Shown here: positions 24,728-39,027 of the stretch, in pieces
How the letters are laid out: each line of letters starts with the position of its first letter
Position numbering within the stretch: the first letter of the stretch is position 1
Assembly (NCBI RefSeq): GCF_964204865.1
Contig: NC_135262.1
Location: 9,920,001-9,984,000 of the forward strand
DNA: 64,000 bases
Reading direction: 5' to 3'
Origin: Styela clava
Taxonomy: Eukaryota
Program-made: the position numbers and the translations under genes
Notes under the pieces: generated by a model
Databases searched by the model: none
Seen by the model: the letters and a program-made list of their open reading frames with translations, nothing else
Told to the model about the DNA's origin: nothing

Positions 24728-27330
24728 AATCGTAAAATACTATATATATTGAAAATAATTACAAAATTAATTTCTATTTCTGCATAAACTTTATCTCAAT
24801 CCTGATTGACTTTTTCACTTCTTTATTAGATTGTGATTTATTTTGTAACATACTAAAGTGTTGGAATATTAATCAGAAAAAGAATCTTATGTAAGAAAAA
24901 GAATTTTATGTAAGAAAACTTCGTCGATTCCTAAATAACTGGACGCAAATAATAAACATTTTACCATCATACGAGTATATATACCAATCATGCTTTCCAA
25001 ATGCTGTAACTATTTGGGAAATGTGGATTTTAAAATGAGAACTTTCACTCAGCGATGTGCTTGATTGCAGCACGAAGTGAAATATATCTATCCTGTTCCT
25101 ATCTCAACACGCTTTGCAACAATTTCCCAGTTGCTGCCTTTATTTATATTACACAGAGCTATATAGATGTACATTTTGATGATATTTGATATCATTTAAA
25201 TATTATTAAGTCAAGAATAAGAAAATTATTATTTAGTCCATTCATATATTATGCCAAATTATTTAAATCTGAATATTATGACGTGATTTATGCTCTATAC
25301 AAATTACACACAAATTGAAGATACTTTTACAATATTTACTATTCTCGACCAATAATAATATTTAGCTTATAATCTTACTTTTTTACTTATATACGGAATT
25401 CTTATTCAAACAGATGGTATGTTCCCATACCTGGGGACATATATAGTCTTAGAGAAAACAACATCGACGTCACAACAAAGAATAATGAATATTTATTAAA
25501 AATATGTATGTATAATTTGCCTTGTGACCTATGGACATACTAGCTAGCATAAGTATACACAGCATGAATATGTATGTAACTTGATGTTTTTTCTGAATCA
25601 GGTTAATAACTTCAAATTTGCGAACTTGCTGCAAGATTACTGATTGAAAAATTGTTATTTTGCAGATGATTTATTTTATACTGCGGCGTCTCGAGTTTCC
25701 CACAGTTATATCACTTCTTGATTGGGTTTATTACTAAATTACTGATGTTTTGTAAGGAAATAGACTGTTTTCTGGTTTTTGTACCAAATCTCAAACCAGT
25801 AAAAACCACCCTAGAACAACTTCTCAAACCTTTTAATTAGTGATTTTGTATAGGACCAGTGTAAAATTCACTTCCATTTGTGCAAAAATATTTTTTGAAA
25901 GTTGGTTCTTTTCTAATCCCTAGATAATGTCAAGTTTATTAGACGGTTGTGCCTAAAATAATACTTGGGAGCCGTTACATTCATTTGCATCTTACTTATT
26001 CCCCCATTGTTCAGATCAATTAGCAGCCGATTCGACACTAATTTTTTTTATCTAGTCATTTCCCTAGACCTAAATTGATTCTTAACACAACCAGGGTCGG
26101 GTTAAGGCATGGTCTGCAGTCCGAAGCTCATCTTGTCTACTTACGTTTTCGACGTTGCCTCTGTTCTGTTTTCTGGCTTAACTACGAAGTAATTCGTTGA
26201 AAACGAAGTTTTGAAAACTTAATAGTCGGTTGAAGTAATTAAACCTATGCTTTGTCTAAATCCAGAAAACACGTCATTCAAATTCTGAGTAAAATTTTTT
26301 TGGTACTTAATATTTATACTTACATTCCGTTTGGTCATTGTACAATGAATGAGATGGCATGTAGGCGCAGACTACAGTGTTGCTGCATTCCTATGAAATA
26401 GGCAACTGTTAAATGACTACAAACGCGTGATATGCGTCTATTTTTTTATAAGTGATTAATATAATTTGATGACAATCTATAGAATCCCAAAGGACTGGAA
26501 TCTCCCAAGCTAACGATAACGTCCAGCTCTCCCAAAATATTCTGCGGAATATAAATTTATCTCGTGGGAATCAGTCAGTTCTCAGAATGCGACTCGAATA
26601 TATATCTCATCACATCACATTCCATGTTCCTAATATATTTTTTCATGAACGGACAAAACAAAAAATATTTATATAATTTTCTTTCGGATTTTGAATTACG
26701 CTGCAACACAACTTGTTTTTATCTTCATAAGTTCTTGCATTCTTTTTTAATTTAACTTATCAAATGATAAAGCATTTTATTTTACAGTCAAGCATAGCAC
26801 GACCTGAACAGGGGCATCATTAATATTTAACTCCTATCTGAGTAGCTTCTTGCCAAATTCAGTTTTAGCCAATTTTTCATGCATCTTACAATTTACATAA
26901 CAGATCATCTAATAAGTTATTAATTATTGAAAATTGAAATTAATGGAAATCCTTTTATCTGTGTTGCACTGATTTCAGTATACAGATTTATATAATGTTC
27001 GAAAATTACGGCTAATGTTAAGCTAATATAGCGCGCTAACGCATATTAGATTCTAAAATCGTACATGGGATGTAAATGAATGTCACTGTAAAAGTAGATT
27101 ATTCAAAGCCATGACATTGACATTATCAACTGCAGAAATAAAACTAAATGCCAGAAACGCATAAGCTATCGCTACATCTTTACTTGAAAAAACATATCGA
27201 TGGTCAACTGCATGTCCTCATCACACATTCAAGAATTAATCTATCAATAAATATTTTGTGAATTCTTAATAGGTAAACCTAATCAGCACTGATGCAATAT
27301 GCATGGAATTAGTTAATATCAACTAAATAA

Positions 27331-27620
27331 ACGAGAATATCCGTCGGAGACCGAAGACTTATCGATCAAAAGTTAGGGGATTCCCCATAACATCGCTCTT
27401 ACTCCATAGTGACACCTTGTGTCCCATCACTAATTAATCAATAACTCGCTAATTATACGACACAATTCATCCAAAATCAATAAGCTTCTGGTCCGAGCTA
27501 TGATGAATGCAAATTTTAAAGCAGATTCAACCACGCCTTCGTGAGATATCGCTTACATCTAACAGACAGACAAACAAATACCTATCAACATACTTACCGA
27601 TCTAAAGATCGATAAGTAAT
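27331..27620 (-). mobile_element. DINE-1/HINE-like repeat, copy 2
   Basis: Reverse-complement match to 7291-7592, including the (ACAG/ACAA)n microsatellite and subTIRs. Confidence 0.7.
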
Positions 27621-27983
27621 AAATAAATGATAAATGAATATTGTAATATTATGTACTATATACGTGTTAGAACGGTTAGAACGAATAACGGTAAAAGCAA
27701 ATGCAATATTCGGAATGTGTTTGTGATAACCTATAATCTTTGGCAAAAAGACAGTAACAAAATTCATTTACTTCCAACTAAGCCCGTTAAACGAAACGTT
27801 ACGAACGGCACTGCCTTGTACTTCGCAGCAAAGAGTTGTTTTGGATTGTATTGATTACAGCGAGACTCCTAACAGTAAAAATCAAAGTGTATATTCAAGC
27901 AGTTTTGTGAGGCTTGTGTGTAGCAACTTTTCGATACAGAGTTTTCTGTGCCATTTGCTGTTGTTACATACACATATTACAAT

Positions 27984-30498
27984 ATGAAGATAACTTTCGT
28001 AATTGTGTTCTTTATTGGATTGGTAAATCTAATCTCAGAATCAAATGAAGAATGTGTTTTGCCGGTTCATGAAGAAATAAATTGGAACATGGTAAGCATG
28101 AATGAATGTGCTTTTGTGTGTAATTCCAAGAGTTTTGACTATAAAAAAAAAAAAAAAAAAGTTAAATTGCTCACAATCCCTATAGGATGAGGAAAATATA
28201 TTAAATAGTAAATATTGTTCTCGTCGTAATTGGCTATTTGTTAAATATAAGGCATAAATTCAAAATTTACAAATTGTTTTTTTTTATATTCTTGTCCTTT
28301 TTTGTTTTGTGTATATTCTGTATGCTCGTGCGCCGGAAAAGGATCTTTATCATTGAGGTGATCAATCATTTTTAGGTTATACATTTTCAGTTTCCCAGGC
28401 ACAGGTACTCCTCTTTCCAATCACCCAGGATAAATCTATTCGCATGCTATGATTCATATTATTTATTAAGATTCCAGGAACTTGGTATCACATTCTGAAT
28501 GTGAAGGACCCTCTCGAACATAATGTACCGTGTTATGCAGTTAAAAATATGCGAGCACCAACAGCAATAGATGTCTTTGCTGAATTCAGATCAATTTTTA
28601 ACGAAACCAGGTAAATATTTTAAGTTGAAATAAGCGTTGCCGAAAGCTAGAATCATGGATGAAAAACAATAACTAATAACTCCAAACTATCGGTATCTAT
28701 AATATATTTAATTTTAAATTATACAAACTATCAAGACAACTTCCACTTTTTAGAGATTCAATTAGATATGGCATTATTCCTGTACACTGGACACATGGCG
28801 GAAACTCTATTGTGAAACTTGACGAAAAGTTTGGTGTGTTTTATTTTCTGTATCTTACAATTAGGTTGCATTAAAATATGTATAACTGCGGATTTGCAAC
28901 AACTTCACCCTGGTTTAAATCATAATGACAATTACTTTGATCTTTGACATCAAGTTCGAATACGCTTTTACAGGCGATTCTGCAAGTGTTCCAAATAAGC
29001 GCACCGTTTTCTTTACTGATTTGCTTTTACTGTAAAAATATGTGGTTTCTTAAGAATATTGACAAAATTATAATTGTAGAATTATTTTCACGTTTTCAGA
29101 ATTTTTGTGGCTTCATGAAGCAAAATCTATTGAATCTGGAAAGCTTGCTGATGAAGGCAAGAGTGATCTCTCATTTCATTTTTTACAATTGTCTGTTATA
29201 GTTATAGTTGGATACAAAATGGACATGGATCGTTTTGTTATTTTGTTGTTGTTGATTTCCTTGTTGGTATTTTTTTTTCTTCTTCTTGTGAAAAAAATCT
29301 TTTCAGTGGTTAAAGATTGTATTTCTCGCTAGAAGGCAATTACTTTTATTTATTTCAAATATTTCTGTGGCCTCTACGGAATTCGTTTTCTTTGTGTACG
29401 ATGGCGTTTTCGAAATTAAAAAATGCGCACCGTGTGACGTTCCCTTTTGCATTAGTACTAATCTGTCTCGCAGCTGCCATACGGTACAGGTGGGTTACGT
29501 ACCATTTCGTGTCCATATATTTAAGCATGACTCTGTTGTTTTAACCACTAGTTTATCAACGCTTAATTTTTTAGAGTTGAGTCGGAGTCGTTAAATGTTC
29601 AAATTGAAACAAAATATTTGTTGACTTTTGAAAATATTTCTACTCACAATATCGCCAACCCGGAATCAGAAGGTGATTAAACAAAAAATGGAATGCTGTT
29701 GTCGAAAGACGTTCTCAATTTTTTTGATAATCAGTGTTGGATCTATAGTCAAAATTAAATGGGTGGAGCGTAGTTAGTGTCAAAAAAATATTGTGTTCTG
29801 CTTTACTCATTTTAATTATTGAACAACGTTTTATTGCAGAAATTAAGGAAATGTACAACAACTCTATGAGTTGCATGACGGATTACGAACATTACTATTT
29901 GTGTTTACAGTGTATTTCTGGTGAGCATAACAGAATAATTAGATTCCCTACAGATCACATTTGAAATGACGATACCCGTAAGCTTGTACATTTTTGTTTG
30001 GAGCTAGGCGGGTATACAGAATCCTTATTTTAAAAAATTTTCTAATTTTGATCTAAAATGTAAACAATTTAAATTCGATTTTTGCATGATGTAACCGAAT
30101 TAGTGTCTTCATAATTTAAGTAGACTTCCACTGTAATGCACTCATGGTTTCAATGAGCATGAATATGCAGATTACATACTCCAGGTGTATGAACTCCTCA
30201 TGCATAGAAAAATCTAGTTGATCATGTTTCGTTTGAATATATGTGAAAATTTATAGTGTTTTGGGTGAGACAGTCCTGATAATTTCGAGTTCATATGTTT
30301 TGCAAAATTGTAAACAAACTTTATGCATTTTCAGGTGAAAGGAATATCTGGGCTCACAGTCGAAATCCTCATCCAACAGCTGAAGATATTTTGCGAATTC
30401 ATAACGTGCTAATAGACGTTGGAAATGGTTGGAGTGAAATTAAATTATTTCATTCTGGTTGTAGCAATATTGAACTATCAGAAAACGTTATTTATTGA
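27984..30498 (+). CDS. Secreted lipocalin (ApoD-like, divergent), ~209 aa, 6 exons
   Basis: Exons 27984-28091, 28471-28610, 28754-28833, 29100-29156 (or -29162), 29840-29920, 30335-30498. Signal peptide; lipocalin motifs SCR1 IPGTWYH, SCR2 MTDYEHY and SCR3 WAHSRNP; terminal Cys. Confidence 0.8.
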
Positions 30499-31856
30499 AA
30501 TGTTCAATTCGTGGTGATTTGTTATTCAAGTTATTAAAATGATTAGACAATAATTTCTAAATAATTTTTATCATTTTTTCATTGCACAAAGTTTACAAAA
30601 TTTCCTAACCCAAAACTATTCAAATGTGACCTGTGCAAAATGTAATCCGTGTTGGGATAAATTTATTTGGCTTCTCACGCAAAAGCACATTGCATAACTG
30701 TGTTAAATTCCATTTATTAAATTCTTCCACTTTGCATTCGGTATTATAATTAATGTTTAGTTCTTTCATTTTCTACTATATTATACAAGACGATAGAAGG
30801 TCATAAAGAATGGTTCATATACACAATTTTTAGCAATATTTGCATGATAACTTGAATAATTAAATTATAAAATTGTATTTCTTGCTTAGGTTGATGGGAA
30901 AGAAAGTATATCGAAGTAATGTTGTTAAGTTAATAAAAAAATGAAAGCTTAAAAGACCACCGAGAGTTGTAGTGCAGAGGACAAATATTTGATAATTTGA
31001 ATTTGTAACAAAATTAGCGAGTGACAAAAAGATATACCGTAATTTTCTTGTCTATATGCGAGATATATATGCGTGTAGATGCGATGTGTACAACAGAATT
31101 CTTAGCATGCATCAGAATATACCTGATACATGCTATTTCACAAATCGATCTGGGTGATATCGATTTAGTCAGTTGGATTGGTAAAGCTTTTAGTTTTGTT
31201 TTCTGGTCGCGTTCCAAATTGGTCGTGTTATTTTTACATTTATCTGACAGCTGGCGCGTGGTGCTTTTGTTTTAAAAGTGACCATATATGAGCATTGTGG
31301 CGTCATACCATGAAAAACAATAAGAAAATAAAGGCATTGTTATCCCGAGTGATAGCACGAATGTAAGCATAGTTGAGCAAGTCCCACTTCAAATATGGCC
31401 CCATGTAGTTTTGGAGTCGAAATGGTCGTGTCAGGCACGGTCGTTTATTCGTCATACGTGTATTCTGCTTTTAAATTATTTTGCTGCTCGGGGTCATGTT
31501 CTGCCTACGTAATATTAGCTCGATTACTCAACAATCAAAATCTTAACTATCCTATTTCGTGAAATATCCACCAGCTTCCGTATTGCTGGGAAAGATGTCA
31601 TTGGTTAATTGTTCACAGTACCACCAGTCGCGTGATAAACAACTACAAGGCTATGATTTCATAGTAGAATTCATTGATACCAAGTCATCTTTTCTTCGAC
31701 AAGTAAACTGAAACTACACAGCATATGAAATATGTTAAATTTTACATTTATATAATACAAGATGTAATACATGTTTTTTTAGAAAAGATCAATACATATA
31801 TATACACTTACAAATAATGACAACAAACCATATTTCTAAATAGTTTTGTTAAAAAG

Positions 31857-32783
31857 TTAAGAAGTCAAATTTGTTAAATCTTGGGGACTTCTATATTCTT
31901 CGGAACGCTCCTTTGCTGAGCAGGTATTGGCTTTAAAAAGAGGACACAGCCTCTCTTTCCAATCAGCAAAACAAAATAAAACGCAGCACAAATTGATTAC
32001 TATATTCCAATGATAAACTGCTGCAAAACCAGTTGAAAATAGAACCGATATTGCAAGAATGTCCGTAACTATTGCTATTGGTGTAATGATTAGAGATCTA
32101 GTCAATAATTTAATGAGATTTGTTGGTGGATTTTGTCCTGTGAAGGATTTTTTGAAATTTCTCCTGTGGCGAAGTAAAGGCACTAAAAACAATACTAGGG
32201 TAGCAATTTGCGTTTCAACTTGGAACAATAACAATAGAAGCATGGTCCAAACTGGGAAGCATGCAGCGTCTGTTAAATTTTTTATCATCACTAAATACCA
32301 AGTTACAAAAATGACCAATATGGCGAAAAACAACATAAAAAAGCCTTGAAATGAACTGAAAAATCCTAAAAACTTTGACGAAAGATGTTTTAATGAAGGA
32401 ACAGTATGATACATTGTTTGACGAAGCCACAATACAAAATAAACAGAAAAGTACGAATAATCAGTCAATAAAGCTTCACTCAAAAAGATCGCTGGTGTAA
32501 ATTGAAAGAAAAGTAAAATCGTTAATGCCATTCTGGATATTGCAATCAATCCTGTTACAACAATAACCATACTCATTACTGATCTGAGATTAGATGCTAA
32601 TGAAATATTTTTCAAATTTCCGATTTTGTACAGTTCATTGACGATCAGTACATATACTTGGCAGAGGGTAATGTAGATTAAAACAACCAGTGTAGCCACA
32701 TCCAGATAAAATTCCCATGTATATAATTTATCCGATTGTTTGTACGATGGTTCAGCATCAGATGAGCAATTCGTTTCAAACAT
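31857..32783 (-). CDS. Intronless 7TM GPCR-like receptor (lineage-specific family), 308 aa
   Basis: About 7 hydrophobic segments; N-terminal glycosylation sequon NCS; motifs YFVLWLRQ, QVETQIATLVLFLVPLLRHR and INLCCVLFCFADWKER shared with 48030-48926. Confidence 0.85.
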   Translation of the reverse strand: MFETNCSSDAEPSYKQSDKLYTWEFYLDVATLVVLIYITLCQVYVLIVNELYKIGNLKNISLASNLRSVMSMVIVVTGLIAISRMALTILLFFQFTPAIFLSEALLTDYSYFSVYFVLWLRQTMYHTVPSLKHLSSKFLGFFSSFQGFFMLFFAILVIFVTWYLVMIKNLTDAACFPVWTMLLLLLFQVETQIATLVLFLVPLLRHRRNFKKSFTGQNPPTNLIKLLTRSLIITPIAIVTDILAISVLFSTGFAAVYHWNIVINLCCVLFCFADWKERLCPLFKANTCSAKERSEEYRSPQDLTNLTS

Positions 32784-33071
32784 GGTTCCAAAAACTTGCA
32801 GACTTCAGTGCGTGGATACACTTTTCAGATGTATTATAAATTTTTATTTTTCTAGAGGAGAAGAGATAATAAATATCATATTTATTCAAATTTTTTACTT
32901 CACATGATCTTCGTTATAGAATTTCAATTTCATGTTATTTGAGTCTAATTGTGTCTAAGAACGCATACGGAATGGTAAATACGCTTAGATTCTTAAGCAA
33001 CTCACTCTGAAATACTTGTACATAATAGGAGTAACTAACAAGCTCATTCGGACAAAATACAATATTTAGAG

Positions 33072-33929
33072 CAGTGGTTTTCAACCTTTTACGGCTCGTG
33101 GCCCCCTTCCGGAGGCTTTTTGCACTCGTGGCCCCCCTGTTCGTCATTCTAAAAAAATTGATGTGTTAGATTGTATTATGTATTTGCGACCTTTTATAGA
33201 ATGCAAAAACAAACCATGGGTAAAAAAGTCAATGCTTTTTAGATTAGTGAACGATCATTGAAAATCTTGCGCTTGGGACTGTCTGACTAGGTTCCTTATA
33301 TTAGGCACCGCCTTTGATATAGTCAGGTGATTGTACTGTCAACATCAGGACGGTTCCTAGATTTTGCTTTGTTGGTAACAAGATCAGAAAAAATAGATTC
33401 GCACAGATAGGTTGTGGTAAATTGAACTAGCAACGAAGAAGCTTTCTTACTAAGTAGTAGGTAAGAATCACAAAGGAATACCCAGAAACTCGAGAAGTCT
33501 TCTTTGCTTGATTTCAAAGCAAACTTGTTAGCATACATCGGCAGCCATGTCATCAATAAAGTCAAAGCCAACATAACTGTCGTTCCATTTGGGGATTGGG
33601 AATTTACATATTAGGCTTCTGCAGTTATAACATGATATCGACCGTTATCTCGCAGTTTCGCGAAACTGCCCGTCTGCTGTTAGATGGCCTACCAACAAAC
33701 TATTCGGATTAGTAGATTCAAAATTCCATTATGATCAAACAATTCGCACACACAAAAAAGTGAATACACCTAGTGACTGGAGTAATAAAACTGAGGTGAA
33801 CGGGGACTTTTCTTTTAAATGAAAAGAATGCAAACGAAGTCGCTTTATAATAAATTATTAGCCTTGTGTCGTGGCCCCCCTTGAACTGCTTCGTGGCCCC
33901 CTTGGGGGGCCCCCGGTTGAGAACCACTG
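33072..33929 (-). mobile_element. Internally deleted Buster-type hAT transposon with transposase C-terminal remnant
   Basis: TIRs CAGTGGTTTTCAACC / GGTTGAGAACCACTG; perfect TSD ATTTAGAG; minus ORF 33323-33574 contains QFTTTYLCESIFSDL..NKAKSRNR (hAT dimerization domain). Confidence 0.9.
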
Positions 33930-35394
33930 ATTTAGAGGATTACAAATAATATCGTATATATATATATATTCGTCTCGGCCATTTTTCATTCAAATTTCCG
34001 CTTCCGATGTCTCTCGTATTTTGCCGTAGCCTAATGTTTTGCGCATTTTAATTGACTTGCACTTCTGTGACAAATGAAACTGAAAATCTTATGGTTTCAA
34101 CTTCTAAGTTCTATCTTGACATCACGTCATATTCTTTAGTCGCTGTCTTCAACTTCACACGTTTCTGCTTAGAGACAACACGCATACGAGCTACGTTTGT
34201 TTTACGCTATTTCCTATGTGCTATAAATCTGCTATTCTTCTTTTGTAATTTTTCAAAGTTTAAGTTTAAACAAGATACTAAACTTTAGAATACACAGAAG
34301 AATATAATCTTTTAAAGTATAAACTTCAGAGCGATCTATTATTTATAGTTGAATATAAGAAACGCCCCGAGTCATTCGGAAATGCGTGGTTCGTCACAAC
34401 GACTGTTTACAGTTTATTGTACATCTATTAGGAATTTATATTTTATAAAAATAATATCCTGCATAGCCCTAAAACAACCAAAATAGCTGAGATTATAATT
34501 GATATGCCCAAGATATATATATAAATTTTAACTTGATCCCTTGCCTATCGTATTACATTTCAATATTAATATCTTATCATATCATATCGTGGTGATGTCA
34601 AGCAGTTTCACACTTTATAGCCAATTTAGTAAGAAATTTCCAATTACTAAAATCATTTGCTCTTTTAAAAGCAAAAATAAAATTATTTGTGAAACTCGAG
34701 AATCACCCAGTCTGGATGCAGTTTCTCTTGCTCAACACTTAGGTTACTATTGAATTGAAGTAAGCAGTAATAAAATCATTCCAAGAATGTCTTGACTGTT
34801 ATGAGTCATTGAATGCGAATGAACTGTTAACATAATGACTTTTCACAGTTTAGTGAGTGGAGTTATTCTAGGTAATCTTTACGGCGTTTAGCAACTTCGA
34901 TAATTTTTTCTTCCTTTTCCTATCTAGATCGATTGGTGATTTCTTATTACATTTGTCATTTACGTGCATAAAATACCGCGTATTAGTGATTACCTAATAT
35001 TTCTCTTGAGGTACAGGAACTAGTATGCTTTCTATTATCTCATTAAATCATCACATCCATCAGTTTTCATTTGAATTATTGATGAGTTCAAGATCAAATG
35101 TATTTCTCTACATGGGGTTTTATTTGCGAAGTCTTGAGTTAATTTTTTGCTGGCTCATCCAGTAAATATTGTTCAAAATGATACTTTTTATAAAAAATAT
35201 AAGTTGGTAATTGATGTTCAAATTGTTATTCGAAAAATATATTAATTTGGTCAATCCCACGTATGCCTACAACACAAGGCAAATCTAAATATATATCGGG
35301 TTATTCTATTTTCAAATAAACAACAAAGAGTCAGCCTGGTGATTAGTAACAAAATATGTAAATAGTGATCTAAAATGATCCAAAATAAATAATT

Positions 35395-35463
35395 AGGTGC
35401 GGTCCAAATCCAATACTCGAAAGGTCCGGATTGGGACCGCGGTCCGCCAGTTGAGTAGCCCTG
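35395..35463. mobile_element. hAT MITE right-end fragment
   Basis: GCGGTCC repeats ending GTTGAGTAGCCCTG followed by GTCTATAG. Confidence 0.5.
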
Positions 35464-38173
35464 GTCTATAGCACGCTTATCTTCGCTATAAGCGTGTTGA
35501 TTGGGTTCGTGTTGGCCCGGGCGCAACATGATCGTTAATACGTTATTTGCTACATATGACCTGAATTTGGCAATTTTTCTAAAGTTCGGAATTTTTTTCA
35601 AATAAGATAAAACAACAAAGTAACCTAAACCTCTATACCTACAGGTGAAATGTTCTATCACGTTTAATTTTATTTTATAAATATATTGGTAATTATCTAT
35701 AGAAAATGAAAGAAAATACAATGTTATGTTATAAGGTCGCCGATGACGTCATTAAAAAAATGTTGATTCGATATTTAGCGGAAGTAAACGGTATAAACAT
35801 TGATCGAACATGACGGTACTTTACCGACAAGAACTTGTTCAAACTAGATTGTGTATTGTAGAACCTAGGATTGTGTAAGTAAATAGTTGTCTCATAACCG
35901 TTGAGTTATAGATATAAGAATTGATCCGATTACCTAATACCTATCTGGATTCCTGTCTCGATCACTTCCGGCATGGAAAGGAAATAGCAAAAAGAATAAT
36001 AGCCTTATAAACCACGTTGGTTTCGAAATGCTGAAGTATCGAGAATTATCTAATATACTAAGAGTAGCTAAAAATGGCAATGGCATTTTAATGCGATATA
36101 TAAGCCAGCTTCAATGAAAACAATTCCTTCTATTTTGCCAGGGATTGAGGAAAGCCGTTTCTGAAATGTTTTAAAGTTTATTTTCAAAAATATGTCCATC
36201 CTTGCTAAAGTGATTGGTTTGCCGTGGGGTGTGCCATAAAAAGAAACGTTGTTTGTAGGCTAACTATTTTTATGTCATGATTCCGAGTTTTAGAGTTCGA
36301 CACACTTGAATTTTAATCACGGAGATCCAATGGTGCACTGAACATCAGATGAAAATCACTGTATCGCCCTAGCACTACTATGTGTAAATACTGATGGGGC
36401 CGCTGTATTTTGCGAGGCCAAATTATGTCAAAAGTTCTTGACAGGAGCTGCCCTAGAGTGGTTTTAGTTGGTGCTACGGGAACTCCCTTAAGTATATAAG
36501 TCAGAGTAATGATATTATCTTCTTGGGTTATCAACTTGAAAAACTCTTGCGGTATTGCGCATGCAAAAGATCCTGCACGGTTGATGGGAGATTGGGCTTC
36601 GTGAGCGCAGTTAAAAAGGAATTTCCACGAGAACCTACCTAATGTTTAAACAAGCGCTACTTCAAGGCAGCTTGAAGACAAATTTCAAGTACACTTAAAA
36701 TAAGATAAGATCAACCACCTTTTAATACCCGATGATAAGTGAGGCGTTCGCGACAGACGTGTCGGCTAACTGATTTATAGGCTACAGGATTTATTAGAAA
36801 TGAGTGAAGCTTTCAATATAACTTTGTTAGGGACCGGTTTAAACTCGTTTCTACTATTACATATTATACTACAAACTAGAAGCATTGCTATTTTACACCC
36901 CGCAATCATTAAACTCGCTTCCTCTTGCGCAAAAGCATGAATATGTATAAATTTCAATTTTGCTTTCATTCTATTGTGCCCGTTTGCCTGAATGGCTAAC
37001 GAAAAACGATTTGATTGATTTCTAAAATTCGATCTTAGTATCACAATCAGCAATCATTGCTAAAACTTCCTATACGTACACTTAAAAACTTTTTTTCTAA
37101 TAATGTTGACACTATTCTTCCTAAAAATGAAAAAAACCCCACAAAAATAGATAACAATTCGCATAAAATTCCACAAAACGATAGTCACGCAGTTCCTCTT
37201 ATATCGAGAATTTCACATATGTGACTGTTCATTGATAGAAAAACCTATAAGCAAAAATGGAAGATATTTCAACCAAACCACTGTATGTAAGCTTTAAGGT
37301 TAAAACGATATGGAATGAGAAAAAAAAATCGATATGTACATTTTGCCTGGACAGTGTGGTCGATATTATGATAAGGACTTGATAATTTCTGAGTTTTTAG
37401 GATTAAAACACTGGTACTTGCCAGAATGTTATCTAGAAAAAAAATCTCGATTGGTTTTATACATGATGTCTCACTCCTCATATGCACATCCGCAACTGTT
37501 TTGTTTCTGACTGTTTCGTATAAGTCAGGGGTGGCCAACCTTCTACCGACCGCGATGGACTGATCGGTAAATAAGGTCCTATATACAAAAATGAATGGGC
37601 ACTGAATGTGCAGATAACTGTACACACGCATACAAAAAATTCGCAAAATCGTCACAAAATTTTTATTTTTTATCTTTTATTCAAGTTGTAGATTTGAATA
37701 TTTAATTGTACCCGGAGTAATTGATTCATTATTTATTTAAGATTTATTTACATCATACAATTCAGATAAAGAACGTGCCTAATTTTTAGTCTTAAGTGTT
37801 GAAAATTCTTCAAGAAACCTTGCCAAGTATTATCTAAACGGCGAAAAATAAATATTCTCAAACCATGAATGTTACATGACTGCTCAAACTTCAGTATCTA
37901 ATTTACAATTTCCTCCAAACGCGATTCTTCGCTTGATTAGAATTAGAACAAATTGGGCATTTTGATGCCACTGCTACCATTGCGAATAAAATTTATCACA
38001 CTACTCCTGGAGTGAGACAATAACTTTCGCTTACTGCGGAAGTTATTGTAGGATCGTTTGTCAGTCTAGACCAGGGTTGCCATCTACATAAAAAATTTAA
38101 AAACATCAAAAAGCCAAACGTGGAAATATTAGGCGGACAGCATTATTTTTCAATTCAGGTATATACAATACAC

Positions 38174-38634
38174 CAGGGTCGTCCAACCCTTGGCCAGCGG
38201 GCCCTATGTTGCCCGCGAAAGCATTTCGAGTGACCCGCGCTATATTTTTTAAAATTAAATAAAAAAAATTGGAATAAAATTATTTTTCGAGTAATGTGAA
38301 CAAACGTTTTGTTTATTTTCCTGAAATGCGCTCTGCCAGCCCTTTCAAACGAGCCATTAGTGCCATTTTTAATCGAAACCAACCGGGAGGAGATATCGAT
38401 AATAAAGGTGCCATAGCCGCTTACACACTTGGTCTCTTACTACTCTATATGACGTAATCGAAAACAACAGTTTCATTGGTATAATAATTGAGAAAGTTTG
38501 GTGTGCGGGTACTTTTTTTTTCATTAACCTGTAGTCAGTGTAGCAAAACTAGAACATAATGCCATGTTAAGTGGCCCGCGCAAATATTAGTAAACTACAT
38601 GCGGCCCTTCGGCCAAAAAGATTGGACGACCATG
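38174..38634. mobile_element. Nested hAT MITE
   Basis: TIRs CAGGGTCGTCCAA / TTGGACGACCATG; perfect TSD CAATACAC. A related right end lies at ~9580-9690. Confidence 0.88.
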
Positions 38635-39027
38635 CAATACACCATGTATGCCGCTTTAGGACGGATAAATGTACACGTTTTTACTCTAATGATTTGGTTT
38701 CTGCGAGATCTCTTAGTCTGTAATTCCTCATAGTTCTGTCGACATCTACTCTAACTACTCTAACTTGCGATATATATACCTCAGAAAATTCTCCCGATAT
38801 TTTACTATTGAAATTTTTTTATGATTGGTTTGAAGTGTTGGCGATTATAAACTGGTTCACATGTTTGAAGGAATCGTTTTTACTAAAATATTTAACCACG
38901 TGCCGCTTGCACAGATAGTCTACTGATATATGATTTTAGCCGAGATAAAACTAAAGCTCCTCGGAAGGCAAAATGATAATTACTGAATTAAGGCAACCAA
39001 CTATTTTTTGGAAACATAACTAAAAAC

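Noticed and set aside
36300-36770. Possible decayed Penelope-like 3' end (CCGATGA...GACGTGTCGG)
   Set aside because: Hammerhead core incomplete (no GAAA) and no convincing RT/GIY-YIG translation.
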